This document shows, one piece after another, positions 52,010 to 63,919 of a stretch of 64,000 nt of DNA. Under the pieces are notes generated by a model. That model saw only the letters and a program-made list of their open reading frames with translations, made no database searches and was not told the DNA's origin. Positions within the stretch are counted from its first letter, which is position 1. Each line of letters begins with the position of its first letter. This DNA comes from Paramecium tetraurelia (lineage: Eukaryota). A program made the position numbers and the translations under genes. The stretch lies in the NCBI GenBank assembly GCA_000165425.1, contig CT867997.1:186001-250000 (forward strand). Direction: 5' to 3'.

Positions 52010-53529
52010 ATGAACAGTATCTCGTAGGTTGATTTTGAATGGAATCCTGTTTCCGGTGTGTTAATCAATGAAGAGAATGACAATATTTAGATTGATCCTA
52101 AGACTAAAAGAAAAGCTGATCCAAAAGAATTTGGAATTGAAATCCATCCCCATGTTTTATTTAAGAAATCACTAAATTATGATTTGGAAGCAGGATGGAG
52201 TTGGCATAAATCCTGGAATTTGCCTGAATTTGATTATATCCTAAAAGTAAATATGTGTTTTAGCCTCTATTAGGATGCTCATATCTAAGTTTTAGCCTCT
52301 TAAGGAACTTTATTTGCTCAAGTATTTGTGGTTAAAGCTTTGGAAAACTCTTTATCCTATAGAAATTTAGGTATTAAGGGAGAATCAAAAAAAGAAATAA
52401 TAGACCTAGGAGCAAACTTTAGATGTCTAAAATTCACTACTACCTCATACAACAACAATGTATTAATTTAAATAGTAATGCTAGCACAAAAAATTCCATT
52501 TGATGATTGTTTTATTTTATTCCTCAGTAAAAGGAGAAACTATGGTTCTTAGTTCCATCATATCCCCTGAGATCTTTGTAGATTCTAGAAAATATGCCAG
52601 ATTTCACAATTTTTCAGTCCTTTAGAATTCTTTTACAGAAATATTTCCTTATCAGTTGATTGATTCAAAAATTATAAAAAGGGAAACAAAAAATAAGATT
52701 TTAAAGATAATTAAAATAGAAAACTCAATTATAGGATTTATTAATTATTTTACTGCCTCTAATATTAGAAATAAAATTAAGCACCCAATATTTTTAGCTT
52801 TAAGATTCTCCAGTCTTATTAAATTGTTTGTTGATTAAGAAATGCTTGATTCCTCAACTAACATAGTGACTCAGATTTAAAATCATCTAAATAATATCAT
52901 AAATAAATTAGAGCATTAAAAGAAAATAAAGATATTAATATCCCTTTCAAATGGTGATTATTTCATGTAAAAAAAAGTAAGATTTATCATTAATATAGGC
53001 GCTTGAACTTATTTAATAATTAGAAAATAGTTGCTATGAAATTTATACCCAAAAATGTTACTTACCTAATACTGTATGCGAGATAGAAGATCTTCAATAG
53101 CTAACTCTGTAATATCAGGAATTCGTCCTATAATCTAAAATATTAATTAATTAGAATAAACATTGTGACAAAATTAATACATAATTTTCGCTTTAAGTTG
53201 AGGATAATTTATAAAAAAAGGTCAAAATTGAATAATTTCCTGATTCTTTCAATAATTAACTATAGTAAACATTTAAAGATATTAATTTGCATAAAACAGA
53301 ATTTGAAAATTCAATAAAAAAGGAAGAAGATTTAAAAATTTAGTAATATTCATAATCAAATATATTTTAATAATATATCCCATTTTCAAATATTAATTAA
53401 TACCAATAATACTTTATGTCGCCTTATTAAAATTTAATGCCATTTGTTAATTAATAATTCTAACATTACCATTAAACTCCCTATCCATTATATATGAATC
53501 CATTTTAAAATATGTGGAAATTATTTTGA
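52010..53529 (+). CDS. Uncharacterised protein, candidate Ig-fold DNA-binding domain
   Basis: GWSWHKSWNLP...ANFRCLKFTTTSYNN...FHLMIV...SPEIFVDSRK...KRETKNK...YFTASNIRNKIKHPIFLALRF; several introns; start uncertain. Confidence 0.7.
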
Positions 53530-53629
53530 TATTCAATATTTTATATTCACATATTGAATTCATAATCTAAATTAGGAATAAAGTATTTAAAAATTAATAT
53601 GAAAAAAACAAAAAATAAAAGAAATTGAA

Positions 53630-54679
53630 TCAATACATTTCTGTATTTTTAAAACTTGAATGTGTATGTTTGACTCTTTTTCTTGATTCTTTTTTTACAG
53701 GCATTTCGCAATTTTTGCATTCATCGCATTTACATAACTCTGAGCACTTAACCCCCATTTAATAACATTCGCAATATTTTTTTAAACAATTAGACTTTTT
53801 GCAATTACATCCTTTAAAATGTCTAGGTTTTTGATCAATTTCATCTTCAGAATTACTCTAATAATATAAATGATATTATACTCTAGATTCAACTTTTGGT
53901 CTAAATGCTTGTGGATTTCTTTCCATAATTTATTTGATAATATTTTCTCTTTCTTTTACATGATCTTCATTATTATGACAAGAACAACAGTTACAATCCT
54001 TTCCACATGGAACTCCAGCAGCGAAACAATCACAATATAATTTTAGGCATTTTGATTTTTTACAATTACAAACTATAATTTTAGGTTTCTATTCAGTCTA
54101 AGGTTTTCTTCGTTTTGAGCTGGTTCTCTTTCTATTGTTAACTTAATCACTTGTAAATTTGAGAGGTTTCTTGAGAGTAACAAAATTGATGAATTTCAAT
54201 TTTGTGGCTCTTTCCAATTTTCTGTGAGGGGATTTAGGGGGACTTCTAAATTACGAGTGAATTTCTTAATCATCAGAGAATATTTCTTCTTCATCACATA
54301 ATAGATCATCTGGAACCTTAAGAGAACTAAGCGGTGAACTAATATTGACAAGTCGTTGTTCTGTCTTAGAGTGATCGAAATTTATTTATCTTGCTGGTGA
54401 TATCACAAAGATATTAGCTTTTTTTGTCGTTTGGCGATTTAATGGGGAGTAAGGTTAGAATCTAGAATTTATTAAGAAAATAGAGTACTAATTGGGAGAC
54501 TTTAAGCATGGTGTAAACTCTAATTTCTTGCATACTTATTCAGGGGACTAGTCTTTTATATATATTTCATCTTGGTTATGAATGCAATCGGCATTAAAAA
54601 CTGGGGATTTATGAATTTTTTCTAATCTTTAAAACAATTTAGTAAATGGAGTTCCATCCTATATAAATTCTGAGCTCAT
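53630..54679 (-). CDS. Tesmin/TSO1-like CXC (CRC) domain protein, LIN54-like
   Basis: [17 protein letters not shown]...[10 protein letters not shown]...[20 protein letters not shown]. Confidence 0.93.
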
Positions 54680-55225
54680 TTGTTATATGAATTTTCCCTC
54701 TGAATTTAAATTCAAATTTTTATATATAAAATACCAAACAATTATTACCCGCATTTAGAGCGAAGAATCTAATAGAAAGCAGCGCCATTTAAAGGTAGTA
54801 GTGATTTGAATTACTAAATTTAAATTCTGTAGGTTTTTATATGAATTTTTCTCAGGATTAGTTTAAATGGTTGTTAGATAATGCAAAAATGATTTCCCGC
54901 ATTATTTTTGGTATTTGTGGCATTATTAATTTTGTTATAACTTGTTAATAAATTAAATTTATTAAAAACATAAATAAAATTTAACAATTTAATTTTCTTT
55001 GATTTTAGATAATAAGGAAATAATTAGATTGTGATTAATTCTCCTGATATTCATTATTAAATAATTGCAAAAATAAGACATTATAAGCTCAATTCAAGAT
55101 CTTTTGAAAACGAATACTAATTAATGCGAAGTGAGTTGAAAACTCGATTATATTAATAATATAAAGGGTGTGCATTAGTTAGTTATCAAATAAATTTATT
55201 TTAAATAATTTAAATAACCGAAGAT

Positions 55226-56756
55226 ATGGGTCATCTTTTTAGACATTAAGAAGGAGAAGCAGGTAATTATGTACTCGAAGTTGTAGCACCACCTCCTGCA
55301 ATAGCCAATATTCCAGCACCTCAAGCATCAACTATTGATTATGATTGGATTCTAATTTCAGGGTTCATTATAGTGTTGACCTAAGTGGGATTTGCATTTA
55401 TTGAAGCAGGATCAGTGAGATATAAGAATTCCTAATCAATAGTGATAAAAGTGATATTGGGTTTGTTCTTGACAATTTTAATATGGTGGTTGGTAAGAAA
55501 TAAACATAACAATATAGTTTGGATATGGATTCTCATTTGGATACGATTTCTAAACAAACTTTATGGGAGGCACAAAATTAGGAGGAGCTAATTGGGAAGC
55601 AAATCAATTCGGAAATGATTACACAAACTTTGGTATTTCTGTTAATATTCAAATTTTGTTTAGTATTCAGAGCATCAGGTGCAGCAATAGCCGTATCAGT
55701 GTTATCTGGAGCAGCAGCAGAAAGAATGACATTCTTGGCATGGTCAATTTTAGCTATAATATACGCAGGATTCATTTATGCTGGATTAGCACATTGGACA
55801 TTGGCATAAGGATGGTATAGATTCAATGAGAATATAAATAGGTTGACAACTTTGGGATACAAGGACTTCTCAGGAGCAGGTGTAGTATTTTTCGCAGCAG
55901 GTGTTGCTGGATTGGTTGTGACCGTGTTGTTGAAACCAAGAAGATTCAGATTTGATCCAAATACAACCTTATAATTCTAAAGACATTCTCCAATTTATAT
56001 TGCTTTTGGCTCAATTTTGGTCTTCGCAGGATGGTTATTCTACAATGGAGGTGTTGTTGCCTAAGGAGCTAATTCTAAATACACTTAAGGATTAGTCGCT
56101 GTCAACACATTGGTTGCTGGAGCTACTGGAGGATTCTTCGCTTTTATCATTAGATATTTCTAATATGAAACCACAAGTTTGGTCGCCTTGTCTAGAGGTA
56201 TTATCAGTGCATTGGTGGCTGTAAGTGCTGCTACTGATGATATGAAACCATGGACTGCATTCATCTATGGTCTTTTGGCTGCAGTATTTTACAGTGTTTT
56301 GGCTAAAGTCATTCCAAAAGTACATATTGATGACCCTGTAGAAGTTGTACCTGTGTTTTTGGTAGAATATTGTATAAATCATATAGGGCAATGGTTTCTT
56401 GGGAATCTTCTTGTCAGCATTCTTCGACACTAAAGCAGGTGTTTTCTATGGATTTGGGGCTAAATTATTAGGAATGTAATTGTTGGGATTATTGATCATT
56501 TTTGTATGGGTTGCCTTCTTCGTCTTGATTACATTACTTATTTTAAAGGGATTCGGAGTTCTTAGAATTGATTCAGAAACTGAGAGCGTTGGTATTGATA
56601 AGGCACATTGTAATTAAATGCAACTTATAATTAGGTTTGGGTGAAGCCATCGTATTTGCTAACTAAATTGATGAGGTTCCTCTAGTACCAAAGACCGAAT
56701 TGGTTAAATTAGGAAACAGCCAAATTGGATCAGGATTTAGACCTGGTTTTAGATGA
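55226..56756 (+). CDS. Ammonium transporter (Amt) family protein with non-canonical pore
   Basis: GFAFIEAGSVRYKN, GYGFSFG, SGAAAER, KDFSGAGVV, GWLFYNGG, IDDPV, LRIDSETESVGID; five tiny introns. Confidence 0.93.
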
Positions 56757-56863
56757 TATTATATCAATCATATAAATGAGCAATTTTATCAAAAAACTTC
56801 AATTTCTCTTTTCATATCCTATCAAGTATATTTATATCCTAATTTGTCAGATCTATAAATATT

Positions 56864-58512
56864 ATGTATAATTAAAGAATTTGGAACAAAGTAGACTAAT
56901 ACAAATCGAACCATACAAATGGACTACGTCTAAAGCTCTTAAAATCAAGCAAGAATACTCATTTTGTCTATGTACTATGCACAGAATATAATATAGTGCT
57001 ATTTAAAGTAACAAAACCTTTTATATAATAGGATGCCGATTACACGAAACCTTACAAATATTTACCAATAAACTTTGAATATAAGTTTCAAGTTTTAAGA
57101 ACTCCACCTTTACTTATAAACCCGTCGCTTTCTGATAAAAAAGGCGAAAATGTTGTATCTCTGGGAGAAATACTTGCTATAAGGTTCATTCGGGAAGACG
57201 TTGAAAAGTGGAGTGAATTTAGGGGATCAGTGAGTGATTTGGACTAATTGAGACAGTTTTTAGGGTTAAAAATGAACTAAATCGGATTCCATTAGTATTT
57301 CAAGGTGTACAAGAAAATAGGGAAAGGGAGTTTCGCTTCGGTTTATTTGGCTTAGAGAATAGAGGATGGAACAAAGATGGCTGTGAAAGCGTTCTGCAAG
57401 AATGCAGTTTATAAGGAAGAGAACGGAAAGGTAAGTATGAAAATAAACAAGTTAGGAAGGGTTAATTAATGAAATTCAAATAATGAGAATTCTAGATCAT
57501 CCAAACTTAATGAAACTGTATGAAGTTTATGAAACCAAAAATTCTATCTATATGTGTTTGGAATTACTAGAAGGAGATCAATTGTATGGACTATTCAAGA
57601 CGAAAAGGTCATTTACTGCTCAACAAATACATTCAATTATGAAAGGCTTGTTGGAAGGATTGAATTATATGCACAACAAGGGGATAATGCATAGAGATCT
57701 CAAACTAGAAAATATCCTATTCAAGGAACCAGAGTATGATAACCTTAATATACTTTAGTAATTGCGATTCCGTGGTGATAGCTGATTTTGGATTGGCCAC
57801 AAAGGTGGATTAAAAGCCATTTCTGTATACCAAATGTGGAACCCCTGGATTTGTTGCTCCGGAAGTTATCAATTTGAAGGATGACCAATTGTCTTATGGT
57901 TCCATCTGTGACGTATACTCCTTGGGAGTAATCTTATACATCTTGTCTACCGGACAACCGGTGTTCAAGGGCAAGAGTTATAATACTATTGTGAGGAGGA
58001 ATCGAGAAGCCATTGTGGATTTTCAAACTGAAAAACTTAGATAAGTATCCGATAATTAGAGAAGCTTATTGATTAAGATGCTCCAGGCAGACCCAGAATT
58101 AAGGATCACTTCGAAATAGGCATTGAAGCACGAATACTTTTGTGCTTATTATGAGGAGGAGTTCGCCTAGATGTATACTGATGATGATCCACACTTGGGG
58201 GAAATGCTTGTCAAGTTGAATGCAGAATATATTCGATTAGATATGGAAAAGTTAAAAAGAACGAATGATGAGGATGACATTTGCAAGACTGAGGATTTGA
58301 AGGTTGATTAGAGTCAGGAAAAGAACGATTTTCTTAAAATCATCATGAGAACCCCAGTCATCACTGGAAGAACCAAATCTATTGAAAGTATATTGTATCT
58401 TTATTTAGACTCTCCGCTCAATGGATTCCAGTCACCAAATCTAGACCCGAACACTCATCACATCTAACAAATTTAGACTAAGTGGATGAACCCTTTCGTT
58501 TTATAAAATTGA
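56864..58512 (+). CDS. Ser/Thr protein kinase (CAMK group) with N-terminal PH-like region
   Basis: IGKGSFASVY, AVK, HRDLKLEN, DFG, CGTPGFVAPE, DVYSLG all intact. Confidence 0.93.
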
Positions 58513-58592
58513 TGAAAAGGAGATTTATATTTGAATTTAGATTGTACTAATATTCATTATATAAATATATAAATTATTTTCTCTCAAAGGTA

Positions 58593-59336
58593 ATGCAAAA
58601 CATCTTATCTTAATAATAACAATTTTTTGATTTGTTAGACAAATAAGTGGATGCCTATAAGACATTGCTTGATCAATTGAATTCGAGTCAAGACAAATTC
58701 AATAATTTACTTTAAGATTATTTGCTAAAATTTCAAACGATCAATAATAAACTAGTCTAAGGACGGCAAGATTTTTCCTGCTCTTAAATTCAAATTAAAA
58801 GAAATGATGAGCTGTACACTCATTCTCAATTACATATATAATTCAATTTAAGATCTGTAACTCTATTTTTTTTAAGTATTTAGTTACTGGAGAAGCAATA
58901 TAAATACAAACTTACCTTAGCAGATGCCCTAGAAACTCCACTTTATCGAGACCGTATCTTTCAATTGAGAGTTGAATTGAAAAACAAAAGTGGCGACCTC
59001 GTTAAAAACCCTAATAAAATCGAACTAGTTGTTGCAATCTATTCATAAGAACAATATCCCAAGGAAATCAAAGTTAATAATAAAGGAGAACAGATATTGA
59101 AAGGTCACTTGTGTGTGCCTCTTATCAAAGGAACTGCCTTCTTTACGAGAGTCCAAATTAGGGAAGTATCTTCCCATTATTAAAATGGATCCATCATTTT
59201 GGCTATTCTACCCTAATTCAAATCAAATGATGAACCCATCAATAGTAGGGATGTTCAACCACTCATCGTCGAGAATATTAAAGTTAAAGCAAAAAAATTT
59301 TCAGAACGTCACATTCCTGTATATGTAAATTAATGA
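58593..59336 (+). CDS. Coiled-coil + beta-rich domain protein, candidate Ig-fold DNA-binding protein
   Basis: MQNILSQQQQFFDLL...; FQLRVEL...ILKGHLCVPLIKGTAFFTRVQIREVSSHYQNG...PLIVENIKVKAKK; TGA 59334-59336. Confidence 0.7.
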
Positions 59337-59345
59337 TTAATTATA

Positions 59346-61916
59346 ATGTTTGGAAAAATCATAATTTCTACAATTATCATTGTGATTCTATCTTCTTTCG
59401 TCTTTATTTACCAAAGCATCCCAGATTACAAAGGAGAGTGGTCATCCCAACATATAAACAATGATGTTAAGTAACAATTCATCCTGAAATCATTCTAGGA
59501 TATTTAGAGATAAAATATTTGGTATCCCCCACATCCATGCCAAGTCTCTAAAAGAAGGATATTATGGACTAGGATTTGTACATGCCTAAGACAGATTGTG
59601 GTAATTACATTTAAGAAGGTAATCTAAGAAATTCATTAATGTAGAATGTCATCATAAGGTAGATTAAGTGAGATCTTTGGATATCGCTAAGATGTTTTGA
59701 ATATTGACAAATATGTTAGAAATCTTGGATACCTTGAATCCTGTAAAAGAATAGTAGAAAAACTAAGTGAAGAAGCAAGAGCCCATTTACAATCATATGC
59801 TGATGGAATAAATGATGGAGTGAAATCATTATAAATTCTACCAATTGAGTTTAAAATAGTGGGAGCATAATTTCAAGATTGGTAGATATTTGACACAGTT
59901 GCATTCATTAAGTTAATGTCCTTACTTAATGTAAATGATATGTTTCATGAATTTATGAGATCAAAATTTGATGAGTTATACGGAAGAGAACTTGCAAACA
60001 TACTAGGTTCAGTTGGACCACATAACTAGTTTGATTCAGATGTTACAGAAGTTTAAGTAAATGAATGGATTTAATTTATGCAAACACATAATGTGTCATA
60101 CAATTAAAAATTTTAATAGAGTTTTAATCATACAAATAATAATAATAGTAAAAATTCAAATACATCAAAATACAATTTAACAGATATTTTATAATCAATA
60201 CCAGAATATTACTCAAATTATATATTTCCAACTCTCAAGGCATCTAATGCTTGGGTTATAAGTGGAAAACATACCAAAAGTGGAAAACCTCATTTAGCAA
60301 ATGATCCTCATTTAGATAATAATATTCCATCTTAATGGTATTAGGCTGAAATCTATTTCGAGATGGAAAATCAAGAATATAACTTCATCATAGGCGGAAC
60401 ACTACCTGGATTACCAATGTGTATGAGTGGAAGAAGCAAGTATTTGGGCTGGGGATTGACTACTTTGTATTCCGATGGAGGAGACATATATGAAGAGGAA
60501 ATAATTATTAAAGATGATGATAAGTTATTCTACAAATTTGATAATGAATGGATTCCTTGTAATAAAACAGTTGAAATTATTAAAATTAAAGGGTAAGAAG
60601 ATCAATCTATCACTATTTTTCATACTCATCATGGTCCAATTATGTAATATTATATTGAGAACAATAAATTAAGGGACCATAATGGACATTTTTATTCATT
60701 ATAATCTATAGTTCATATAGATGACTATGAATCCTTTGATGGGTTTATTAAATTTGCTTAAGGGAAGGATTTAAAGCAAAGCATGGAACTATTGAAAAAT
60801 ATCTGTTATCCTAACAATGGAATGGTATTCATTAGTCATGACAATCATATTGGTTATCTATCAACAGGAAGATTAGTCATAAAAGAGGGACATCCAGATG
60901 AAAATGCATATGTAAAAAAAAACAATAAAGAATGGATCAGATATGTTCCATATTCAGAAATTCCTATGATTATTGATCCTGAAAAAGGATATATTGTTGT
61001 TGCAAATAACAAATTTATTCCAGATAATGAACTAAGTTGGAATTCACAACCAACAAGTAGAGGAAGAAGAATAAATGATTTAATCAATGAAATGATCAAT
61101 AAAGGATAGAAATTTTCAATTTTAGACCACATAAAAATCTAATCAGATACCTACGATAGTTATGCTTGTAATACTAAAAATGAATTAATTTAATTGCTTA
61201 AATAATATGATAAAGAGAAAGAATTAATAAATGAAATTGTAATATTAGAAAATTGGACTTGTAAATGGGACTCATATTCTTCAGGTGCCTTATTATATGG
61301 AGTATTTGAATATTTTTATTCATATAAATTTCACTCTCAATTAGATTAGGCTGTAATCAAATAATGGAATAATTTTTACATTTTTGATTCATTCCACTTT
61401 AAAAATCTGATTGATATGAGTAAGGCACAACCTAATGACTAAATTTTGAATTAGCCATATTGCAATGGTTCTGCTCAAGATAAATGTGCTTAAAATTTGG
61501 TTGATTCTTTAAGAGAAGCCAGATAATATATACATGAAAAATTTGGAAATCAAACCAAAGAATGGAAATGGGAATCATTACATAATTAATTCTTTCCACA
61601 TGCATTTTCAAAAACACCTTTCGCTTTTATTTTTGAAAGGAGAATACCTTATCACTCAAATAGAAGATCTGTGGCAGTGTCATAATATGAGTTAGATGGA
61701 TCATTTGAAGGTAAAACAGGATCAAATTATAAATAAATTATATCGATGGATTCTGAAGAATCCAATTTCTTTGTAATTGATACAGGGATAAGTGGTAATC
61801 CTTTTAGTAAATTGTACACTAATCAAATGGATATTTGGAAATAAAACAAGTATGTCAAAATGATGTTTGGTAATAGAACAGATTATGATTTGTTATATGT
61901 TATACATCCAAATTGA
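59346..61916 (+). CDS. Penicillin acylase / AHL acylase family (peptidase S45, Ntn hydrolase) with N-terminal signal anchor
   Basis: GIPHIHA...GLGFVHAQDRLWQ, ASNAWVISGKHTKSGKPHLANDPHL (Ser nucleophile at 60243), HGP, GYIVVANN, RGRRI, TGISGNPFS; two tiny introns. Confidence 0.93.
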
Positions 61917-61982
61917 GTTAAATCGATATACACATATATATATAGATACTTTGATTGTAAATAATAATATATGAATATTATT

Positions 61983-63844
61983 TCACTCTTTTTTCTCTCC
62001 TTATTATGCTGCTTATCTCTCAGCCTTTTTCTCAGCTTTCTTCTTCTCGGCTTCTAATTTCTTTTATTATTTTTTGCTCTCTGGATTTGGTTACTCTTAT
62101 TATTTCTATTATTTTGGTTATTCTTATTATTATTCTTATTATTATTATTACTATTATTCTTTCTTTTATTCATCAACAGTTCCGGTTTGAACTGATTTCA
62201 AATCTAATTTGGTTTAAATACTGGCTGCTTTAGTCTTACCATCTGGAATATAAATCAATTCATATTTATCTCCAACAATTTTATCTATTCTGAAAAAGCC
62301 TCTTCTCTCAAATTACAATACGGATCCTACATAATATTATATATTTACCAACTTAGAGTGTCTTAATTCCAGCATCAGCGAATGCTTCAGTAACATACTT
62401 ACTATTTGGATTGTAATAGTCATCAAATTTGTGATATTTTTCAATAGTTTTAACTTTAATGAGATGATCATATTCAACCAAATCTACATTGACAATAGGA
62501 GTATCCTTAGCAAGCCAAGTATATTTATTGGTAGTTTTGAAATCCTTATCATCTGGTAAGTTCTCACCAGTCAATAAGATTTATCCATCAACCTCCTTTT
62601 TGTCTGTTATTTTAACATTTCCCCATTTCATTAAAGTGATTTTCTCATCTACTTTAATATCTTTGGCATCCTAAGCCTCTATATATAATTGGCTGCTTCT
62701 AAATAATGGTCTTGTGCCTAATTCATTATTTTTAGGATGTTATGGCACAGTGACTACATTAACACCTTAATCATCAAAATTTGAAATAGACAAAATAGCA
62801 ATCCCTTCCTTTCCGACAGCTGTGTATCTTGGAGCAATTGGATCAATCTTAGTGAAATTGGTCGACCAAAGCTTATCCCAAGTCTAAAGATTAGCATTTT
62901 TTGATGGTCCTTATTCCAACATAAAATCATGTAAGGCTTCGACTGTGATTCCTCTTCTTATGATACCTCTAAGAGTTGGGAAACGAGGATCCTGCCATCC
63001 TTCTACAACCTTTTAATCTACAAATTCTTAAAGTTTTCTCTTGCTCAAACAAGTATTAACAAAGTTCAATCTTGAAAATTCATAAATCTCAACTGGTCTT
63101 AGTTCCAATTCTTTTTGTACCCATTAATATTATTCAATTCTATCTGAGTATTCGTTAGTTCTCATTGCATGAGTAACTCCTTCGATACTATCCAAAATTG
63201 GGCATACAAAATCATAAGTTGGGTATGCCTTATATTTGGTACCTGTTCTATGATGTGGTATTTAATTTGTTCTGTAGAGAACTGGATCTCTTAAACATTT
63301 ATTTAAAGCCTTCATATCGATTTTAGCTCTCAAACAATAATCAAAAGTCTTTCCACTTAACATTTATTCAAATTTCTCGAGATTTTCTTCCACAGAGTTA
63401 TTTCTATTGACACTCTCAATACCATCAAATCTTTCCTACTTCATAACTTCTTTAGCTGTATTATCACAATAGGCCAATCCTTTTCTAATTAAGAATCTTG
63501 CCTTTTCCTCAACAAGGTCAAAGTAATCACTTGAATGTGACAAGTTTGCCCACTCGATTTAAAGAGTTTTCAAGTCTTCTAAGATTGCCTCTTGATATTC
63601 AGCCTTCTCTTTTGATGGATTTGTATCATCAAAACGTACCAACATTTTGCCTTCATACATTTTGGAATATCTATAATTCAGTACTGATGCTTTTATGTGA
63701 CCAATATGTAAATAACCAGATGGCTCGGGTGGAAATCTGGTACAAACTTATCCTAAAATGAAGAAATATAAGAGATAACTACCTTTAACTGCTCCTTTCA
63801 ATACATCATATTGTGCTTATCTCTTAAGGTTTGGCTTACTTCAT
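61983..63844 (-). CDS. Cytosolic glutamyl-tRNA synthetase
   Basis: [68 protein letters not shown]-rich C-terminal tail. Confidence 0.95.
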
Positions 63845-63919
63845 GGTAAAATTTTTAAAAATAATTTTAAATAAATTCATAAGTAATTCTTACATAATTT
63901 AAACACATGTATTAATTAA

